A DNA stretch of 64,000 nt from Diplonema japonicum. Lineage: Eukaryota; Protista; Euglenozoa: Diplonemea. The stretch's first letter is position 1; every line of letters begins with the position of its first letter. The notes under the pieces are model-generated. The model did not search any database. It saw nothing but the letters and a program-made list of their open reading frames with translations, and had not been told where the DNA came from. A program made the position numbers and the translations under genes. This document shows, in pieces, positions 55,874 through 64,000 of this stretch. The stretch is from NCBI GenBank assembly GCA_964019335.1, contig OZ025730.1, forward strand, positions 124,001 through 188,000. Reading direction: 5' to 3'.

Positions 55874-56443
55874 CTAATATTCTTGATCATTTGCGAACAT
55901 TCCGTTTTCGTTGATCATACCATTGAAGGCCAGCACCTCTGCGACTCTCTTGGTGGGGAAGTTGTCACGGCCACCAAATTCGTCAAAACCGATGATAGAA
56001 TTGTTTGTCTTCCCTCCTTCAACAAGCATGAGTGTGGGGAGCATGTACACATTGAACTTCTCAGCCATGCCCTCAACCTTCTCAGCGTGTAGCTTGCAGA
56101 ACAGGGTCTCCCAGTGCTTGGGGGCCAGCTTGTCAAGGTGGGCGTTTAAGATCTTGCATCTCTCTGTTGCGTCTCTGTAGAAATGAACCACGACCCTCTC
56201 GTTCCCCTTGCAGAATTTGAAGAATTGTTCGGGAGTCTCGATTTCCTGCACCACCCCGTGGCCCTTCTTGATCCATTTGTCCTTCTGTTCCCTCATTTTT
56301 TTAAGCTGGGCCATCCGCTTCCTCCGGATAACCTCCATGTCGTCCTCCTCCATTGTGTCCAATTTACCAATTTCATTGTCGATTTCCTGTTCGACGATTT
56401 CGGCCGCCGCCACCAGCTGCTGCTCCAAGATTGCTTGCTGCAT
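55874..56443 (-). CDS. TXNDC9: Phosducin-like / thioredoxin-domain protein (TXNDC9/PLP-like)
   Basis: The true start is likely MQQAILEQQ after the A run. Motifs EVIRRKRMAQLKK, GHG..QEI, VVVHFY...RCKILNAHLDKLA.KHWETLF, LPTL and GFDEFGGRDNF. Confidence 0.88.
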   Translation of the reverse strand: MQQAILEQQLVAAAEIVEQEIDNEIGKLDTMEEDDMEVIRRKRMAQLKKMREQKDKWIKKGHGVVQEIETPEQFFKFCKGNERVVVHFYRDATERCKILNAHLDKLAPKHWETLFCKLHAEKVEGMAEKFNVYMLPTLMLVEGGKTNNSIIGFDEFGGRDNFPTKRVAEVLAFNGMINENGMFANDQEY

Positions 56444-56592
56444 TTTTTTTTTTTTTTTTTTTTTTTGATGGATCTGGTTTTTTTTTGTGAAAATATATAT
56501 TTTTTTAGAGTAATACAAATAGCTGATTACGCTGCCATCAATTTTATTTATTTATCTTTTTTTTTTTTTTTTTTTTTTTTTAATCTCGACAA

Positions 56593-57064
56593 TTATGAAA
56601 TCCACACTAATCGGTCACCGTTCTGCGGTTGCTGTCTGGTGCCTGCGGTGGCTGTTTGTCGCGATGAGATGGACGGCGTCTGGGCGAGGAACATTACATG
56701 GAGTCGTGCTAGGTAAGGGGCTGTTTGGCTCGAGGAGAAGAGTGGTCTCCTGTTGTAGCCGTGTGCCGTCGGGCCCCCAAGATGTCGCAGGGTATGCACC
56801 CTCGACTTAGCTTTGGCAGGGAAAGCAGTACGCCCCCCTCTCTCTGCACTTTTCTGGATGCGAAAAAAAAAAAAAAAAAAAAAAACATTTACGGCTTAAC
56901 CTGCTCTTCGTGTGGCAGGTCCGCCATCATCTTCAGTGCTATTATTTGCCTCACCCGTCTCCAAAACGCTTCGGGTTCGTCATGCTGCAAAAAACCCTCC
57001 TTTGTCGCCATCTTGTGTGCAACCTTTCCGTAGAGCTCGACACCGAGACTGATAAATACCTAGG

Positions 57065-57099
<35 letters not shown>

Positions 57100-57438
57100 G
57101 GTCACACCTCCTTCGCCTGTTTCGTGTTTTTCTCTCCGAATGAATAAATGGCCTCTGAGAAGAAACGGGTTCGTTCTTCTTCACCAGCCATCTGGAGGGG
57201 ATTTTTTTTTTTTTTTTGCGAGGCATACTTCAATTCGGAATACAAATTCTTCGCGGGACACACCGCCCGCCGGTGGCGGGAGGATCGCATCCTTCGCCAC
57301 CGCGCTTTCTATCAAATCGTCGTCCATTCTCTCCACCCGTTTGAAGCTTTGTGCTCTGGGCCGTAGTATTTCCTCATAGAGGCTTCTCCTCGCAGTTCCC
57401 CTTAATGGAAGGCTCAGCTTCCTGGCAGCTGCTTTCAT
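56593..57438 (-). CDS. Hypothetical, probably mitochondrion-targeted protein, 4 exons
   Basis: Introns 57192-57228 and 57060-57107 join the frames cleanly. The third intron ends at 56854 with its donor at either 56900 or 56892, so the last-exon frame and stop are uncertain. Confidence 0.55.
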
Positions 57439-57444
57439 TTCCCC

Positions 57445-57479
<35 letters not shown>

Positions 57480-58052
57480 CCCGGGGAACTAAGATCGAAA
57501 AAAAGAAAGAAAAAAAAAAGAAATAGCCGTGGAAGTTGGGGAAGGGGAGCGGGGAATATATGATACTAAAGATGGGGGGAGGAGGGGGGGGGGGGGGGGG
57601 GGATTTGAAACTACAACGATTTTAGGAGTAAGTCCTACCGTAAAGAACCGTCATCAAAGCAAAAAGAAAACACGGTGGATGAACCATGGGATAAGTAAAA
57701 GGGCAAAACCGAAAAAGGGAATTTAAAAAAACAAAAAAAAAAAAAAGAAAGAAACAGGAGGGGGTTTTCCCCTTTCTTTCTTTCTTTCTTTTTTCCTCCC
57801 CTCTTGGTACTCCCGATGATAATCGCTGGTGCGCGTTTGTTTTTCCTCTTTTTTTTTTTTTTTTTTTCTGTTTCTTTTTTCCTCTCTTTTCTCTTATTTC
57901 TTCTTTTGTTCCCCCCCCCCTTTTTTTGTCAAAACATTAATTACCGAAATGGGTGGAAAAGTGATTGGAGAAAAAAAAAAAAGAAAAACACTTGATCAAA
58001 TAAACAAAAAAGAGGGTGAAAAAAAAGGGGGGGGGGGGTTGTGTTGAGGGAA

Positions 58053-58181
58053 TCAGTGCTTCCTCGCCTTCTTTGGTTTTGATTCCACCACCTGCACAGG
58101 GAAGTCCTCATCATCTTCCGCAAGAGCAGCTTGCCCGTATACAGGCGCACGTTTAAGCGGAGCTTCACCTTTGTGAGAATT

Positions 58182-58212
<31 letters not shown>

Positions 58213-58283
58213 CGACTAAATTCCTTGACGCCTTTGATGCAAAAGAAGAAGAACTTTTTGAAAGCTCCCTGTGGGGGGTTTGA

Positions 58284-58314
<31 letters not shown>

Positions 58315-61300
58315 TACTGTCCAAAGATAATTCTTGCAGCAGGCGACTTCATGTCATCGAGAAGACCCTCCTTGGTTGCAGAGGCAAGGAACTTTGTTGC
58401 AGTTTCAAAGGTCATTCTGGACAAAATAGAGGGCGAGTTGGCGATAACCGAGAAGCGAGAGAATCCCTTCCAAGACCCTGTGAACATGGCCCTATCGGTG
58501 ACTAAGGACAGCCATCTGGAGTTGACGCCGTAAGATTTGAACAGCTTCTTAAGCTCCTCAAGCAGCCCTGCCTGCCCTGCTTCTACACCAAACGTGTTCA
58601 CCATGTCAGAGTGGTCAGTAGATCGAACTTTATCGAACCTGATGGCCTTGTCTATGTCAGGGAAATCAGAGAATTTGTGCATAACCTGCAGGATTTTTTT
58701 TTTTTTTTTTTTTTTTTTTGTTGTAAAAATACCTGCAGCAGCTGTTTAATCTTCCCGCCGTCTAAATGGAACACACCGCCCGTCCCCTTTTGGTTCGGCA
58801 CGAAAAACACTGATTTGATCCCCCCGATCTCCGCCTTCCTCAAGATGATCTCGTTCAACGCACGTTGCAGCAAATCATCGAACATCTATTATTTTTTTTT
58901 TTTTGTACAAAAATACGAAATACCAAGTTAACATGCAACGGAAGGGTGATGGTGAAGTGATACTGCAAAATGCCTGGTGTCTGCGACCTGCACACCCCTT
59001 GCGGGTTGATCGAGATGTTCAAGGAGTTGAGTGTCTTGCTGGCCTCCTTTGCAAGCTCGGGCCGTTCCGGAAGGTCGTTCTGGTCGCCCGCGTTGCGCTC
59101 CGTCCTGTACTCCTCCTTGGCGGAGTAAGGGAAGTACCTCGACGTAGAGGAAAGGGAGAGGGAGGAGGTCTTCTTCTCGGTGTATCCGGTGATGTCATCG
59201 AAGGCGAGAAGCTTCATTTCGCAGGTCTTTCCGTCTGGCGTGACATAAGTCTTGTTGGGCTCTGCGTCATTGCGGTGCCCTGGGTTGTATGGCTGATCGA
59301 CTTCATGTTGCAGAGCATCGCCATCGCACACACCCATCCTTGCATCGAAGCCGTTGGTGTCGTGAACCTTGTCCCAGTTCCATGATCTCTGTACCTCTCT
59401 CATGATGGCCCTGTTCAGGGATGTTAGCGAAGTGTGGAGATCGCCTACTGCACCGCTGATCTTCCTGTCGCCGAGCCTCAACATGCATCGTCCTGTGCTG
59501 ACGCCACTCCCTGTTATCCCCATGCTCAGCAGGCCCATTGCTTCACGTTCTCTTCTGTATGCGGAATTGAACTCCTCCCATTGTTGCTTCTTCGCGGTTT
59601 TGTCCGCCGCGTTGCTGTCCACCACACCGTGTTCCCCGGCGTAGTACGCCCTAAGCTTTGCCTCGTCGAGGTTCAGGACCACCTTCACCTGCTTGTACTT
59701 CTCGCCCTTGCCCATCGGTTGCGACACTGTCGTCCATTTCTGCTTCGCCAGAACGTCGCTGAGCGGTTTCGGTGTCAGTAGAGCATGCAGTCTTAGCAGT
59801 GCCTTTGCAACATGAGGTGTCATCTTTTCAACAGGAAGCATCACCATAGGTTCGGACACGCTTGCCGACTGTAGAATTTGCCTCAAACGGGGGATACCCT
59901 CCGTCACATGCGACACGGTCTGTCCTGCTTGGTGGAATGTGTTGAGGGTCATCTGCGTCGACGGTTCGCCGACAGATTGCGCTGCGATGACACCCACAGG
60001 CTCGTCGCACGCCATCTTCGCCTTCATCACGCGCAGTTCTTTCGCTTTCTTCACAGCCGCCTCCAATATTTTTGTAGGCACCGCCTTCACATTGCTTGCC
60101 TTAAGATACCCTGTAACGCCATTCGCCTCCACAAGCACACGCCCGGGCTTTGCCTTACCTTCTTTGATGAAGACTTTCTGTTTGTCTGCGAGTTCAATGG
60201 ACTCCTTTCCGGTTGCTGATGTGAGCTTCACACGTTTGGCACCGTTGAGGAGTACTTCACCAGGTCTTTTTCTTGTGGCGGCAGTGGTGTCCTGTTCCCT
60301 TTGGAGGGCTTCGTTGGGGAGGCTGCGCCATTCCCTGTTCCTGGAACCCAGGCCGTTGGCGACGGCAAGCATGGTGTGGTGTTCAACGAGGGATGGCTCG
60401 GTGCCTGCCTCCCATCCTGCGGAACGTTGCGGGTCCAGACCGTCGTGCCCAAAGGAAAACTGCACGATGCCGCCAGCCTCGTCAACGACAGCGGGGCGTA
60501 CCTCGGACTCACCCTTCTCATTAGTGGTGCTCATCCACTTTGTGGACAGGCCCTCCATGCCCTTGATTACAGACCTCTGCAGGTACCCAGATCGCGACGT
60601 CTTCACAGCTGTGTCGATAAGACCATCACGCCCTGCTGCAGCGTGCACCACGTACTGCTGTGGCCTGATGCCGGACAAGAACCTCCCAAGACCGAACCCA
60701 CCGCACGATGCCCTGTCATCCCCGAGCAGTGTGCCCGGTAGTGTCTTCCCGTTTGGCATGCACTCCACACGTCGCCCGTCGAAGGTCTGCTGACCTAGCA
60801 ACACAGCCATCTGCGTACTGTTCACACCGCTACCTTTGGCACCACTCATGGTCATCATGGCAAGGCAGTTGTGGGGGAAGCTCTTTTGCATTCCCTTGGG
60901 GAACATTTGTTTGTTTAGGTCGCCTGTCTTCCTCATGACCATTCCCAACCTGTCGCCTTCAGTCTCCATGTCGATGATCGACTCGTCCAGCTCCCGCAGC
61001 TTCGCAGCTCTCTCGTCTTCCTTGCTGCCCGTGAGCATCAAGTCGCAGATGCCGACCGTGAACCCGTAGTACTTCAGGTACTCGGTGAGAATCCTACCGA
61101 AGCAGCAAATGAGGGCGCCCGCTGCGTCCTCGCCGTGGATTTCGTGTACGTGCTGCACCAGTGTACCACCGGTGGCACCAAGCTGGTTCTTGTCGAGCAT
61201 TCCCCTGACGTAGTAGTCGTGGATCACTTCCACCTGGTCATCTTCCATGAAGCGGTCCTCGACGAACGCGGGCTTCTTGTCTCGCGGGTCCCACACAGAG

Positions 61301-64000
61301 GCGGGAAGGGCAGTCCTCCCTTCGAAGCACACGCCTCCCGCGTATCTACCTATCTTGCTGTACTTTGCGGTGATGAACTTTAAGATGCTGGTGATAAGTT
61401 GCTTCCCCGTCCACGTCTCGATCCACACCTTGCTGCCATCGGGCTGCTTCTTCTTCACTCTCACAGCAGGCTCGGGTCTGGGCGGCATTGTTTCGCACAG
61501 CTTGTGCAGCGTGGCGTAGAGCAGCTTGTCGAACTCAGGTCCCGACAAGAAGGTGTCGCGCATTGTGAGCAGCACACCGGCCACAACGTGGTCCTGGATC
61601 AAACCTCGTAGAGGCTTCCCGGACGTTGACGAGATGAAGTGGCGCCTCGAGTGGTTCAGGACCCTTAGTTCCATCTGCGCTCTCTCGGTCTGCGGTACGT
61701 GCACGTTCATCTCATCGCCGTCAAAGTCTGCATTGAAACCCTTGCAGTTCGCGTAGTGGAACCTGATGGTGCGCTCGTTCGTCGCCACCACAAGCTTCTG
61801 CCCCAGCCACGACGATTTGTGGAGCGTTGGCTGCCTGTTCAGGATCACCCAGTCGTCCGTTGCCACGTGGCGGAACACCTTGAACCTCACGCTGCTGATG
61901 CCTGAGCTGGCCCCTTCCTTCACGATCTTCCTGTGCAAGACCTCTTCCATCCATTGCAGCAGCTGGAGTGCGTTCTGGCCGTTCATCCTTGCGACGTCGA
62001 TGAGCTGCACGTCTTCGACAGTCAGGGCCTTCGTCATCCACGACGGACGGCGCTCTTTATGCAGCACCTCAAAGGCTTCTGAGACTTGCTTGGCATCGTC
62101 AGCGTCCATCTCGATCCTTGTCGCGCCAGGGTACACCTTGGCACCGTTCAGCACTGAGTGGTACAGGAAACCCCTGCGGGTCTTCAGGTCGGTGACCTGT
62201 TTGTGTAGATGCGGTTTGCTGCTGCTCATCTCCTCCAGCCTCGTGATACGTGCCAAGGATGGCAGTACTTCAGGGATGGTCAGCCTTTTGGCGAATCTGC
62301 GGGACAGCATCACTTGGTTGTCTTCAACAGCATTGTCGGGCGAGATCACACTGCGACACGCTTGGTTCACACGCTTGCCCATCAAGTTCGTTCTGAACAG
62401 ACCGCTCTTCTTCTCGAAGATCTGCTGCGCACCTTTGCCCGGCTTGTCGCCCATGCTGTCCGCCTGTGCGAACATGATGCGCCTGTAGCTGTCCTGCGCG
62501 CTCCTCGCAACGAACTCGAAGGTACGCGGCCGTGCTTTCCAGAAGGCCAGTGTAGAGGACGGGGTGCCGTTGGCCTCCAAGCTAAACTCCTTCTTCAGCT
62601 TGGATGACGACAGCTTGCTGCCGATCACAGTGAGGTTCTTGGAGCATGCAAGGAGGTTGCTTATCTGTTTCGTCTGGTCATCTGCTTGAACACCACCATC
62701 ATCGCCCTCACGGAAGGGACGGAACTTGTTGGGCCCCAGTTCTACGATCCGGTGCATGAAAGCCTTCCAGTAGTCCTTGGGAGGGATACGGAGGTTGGCG
62801 TCAACGCTGCCCGGCGACGAGCACACCTGGTAGAATATCTCGCCGAGGGACTCCTGCTCGCTAAGGAACAGCGCCTCGAGGTGCATCTTGATCTTGTGGG
62901 GTGGAAGGTACACGTTGCCTCTGGGTGCGGCTTCCCTCATTGGTTTGCCTCGCCCCGTGCCATCCTTCTTGTGGTGCACAACCTGCCCACCGCCTTTGTT
63001 AATTTCGGTCTCAGACTTGAAGATAGCAAGCTCCTTCAGCATGCTTGCCCACGACGTGTGGCCCATCAGGCCCTCCTGGTTCTGCGCGACCTCGATGTTG
63101 CTGTCCATGTCCTTGCCCGACATGTCGTAGAAGATAGCTGTCTTCTTGAAGTCGGTGATCCGCTTCGGGTTTGCAAGCCCGCAGTGCCTGCAAGCAGAGC
63201 CCGAGGGCACTGACGTGATGAGCCTCCAGATGTCGTTGACGACCTCACGACGCTTGGAGAAGAAGCTGCCTGTGGGCGATCTTTCGTGCATGGGTGTCGT
63301 GACCTCCGCCTCTGCGATGTACTCGTACACGAATCGCATCAGGTCGATGCCTGCCTCGTCTGCCTCTGCTGCTGTGTATGTACACTTCTTGCGAGGTGCT
63401 TCTTCGTTCTCTTTCCCTTTGTCCTGGCCGGTTGCGTCCCATTTCGACACGGCGAACCTTTGGTCCATGACCTCCTCCAGGCCAGGCGTCCAGAGCCTTT
63501 CGTTGAGTAACCTCAGCGAGGCGACCCTCCTGCGCAGCTCGAAGGTGTTCATTCTCCATTTGTGGCACCACCAGCACTTCCCGCGGAGCATCGCGATGAC
63601 GTCGCCCCATTGCAAGGGGTTCACAAGCCACATGTCGCGGGGCATCTTGGAGTAGCAGTAGTGGCCGGGGCATGACGGGGATGGATCTGTGGTCACGGAC
63701 TCCTTCTTGACCTCGACACCGCATGCAATGCACATCATGAGACGAGCTTTCTTTTTGCCGTTCTCACCGCGCCCCATGCTGTGCGCAAGGGATTCGCCGC
63801 ATTGCGGGCAGCCGGGAAGCTTGCCTTCATTGCACGTCGCGCACCATATGTGCCATCTTCCTGCGTTTTCACCTTTCAGTCTGATCTCAACGGAGCCCAT
63901 GCGGGGGTCGTAGAGCCCACCGGCATGGAAGCATGATGGGAAGCCTTGCGATTCATCAGCGATGCGGCCTGTTCGTCGTTTGTCGAGATGCTTGCGGAGC
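58053..64000 (-). CDS. RPA1: RNA polymerase I largest subunit (5' end beyond the window; introns 58886-58923, 58686-58732, 58269-58317, 58169-58212)
   Basis: Motifs GGLYDPRMG, CPGH, KKSGLFRTNLMGKRVN, LNRQPTLH, NADFDGDEMNVHVPQ, GRDGLIDTAVKTSRSGYLQR, GEPSTQMTLNTFH, EGIPRL and SRMTFETA. The FEKK.GLFR..MGKRVN and GLIQDH motifs favour Pol I. The frame is open to the window edge. Confidence 0.92.

Overview
Eukaryotic genomic DNA, most likely a euglenozoan protist (diplonemid-like). This is inferred from three things: all ~21 host genes lie on the minus strand, coding islands are GC-rich between homopolymer-rich spacers, and a 12-nt match to the 3' end of the euglenozoan spliced leader (SL) is present. 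Host genes include an RNI-like LRR protein, a kinesin, a berberine-bridge-type FAD oxidase, a protein kinase, mitoribosomal uL4m, a VWA protein fused to an eIF5A-like hypusine-loop domain, a Cys-rich surface protein, a secreted beta-helix protein, a phosducin-like/TXNDC9 protein and RNA polymerase I RPA1. Mobile DNA is abundant. There is a full-length APE-RT non-LTR retrotransposon (27818-34257) with a 9-bp TSD, an SL relic at its 5' end, ORF1 and ORF2 in frame across a single UGA, a 2A-like peptide and no poly(A) tail, plus several truncated relatives. There are also two inverted copies of an ATAT-targeting TIR (Sola-like) element, another ATAT MITE, two piggyBac derivatives and Crypton-like palindromic elements. 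Eleven tiny GT-AG introns (37-72 nt), each built around a homopolymer (8 poly-A, 3 poly-T), explain the apparent frameshifts in four genes. All calls are by eye; no database searches were run.
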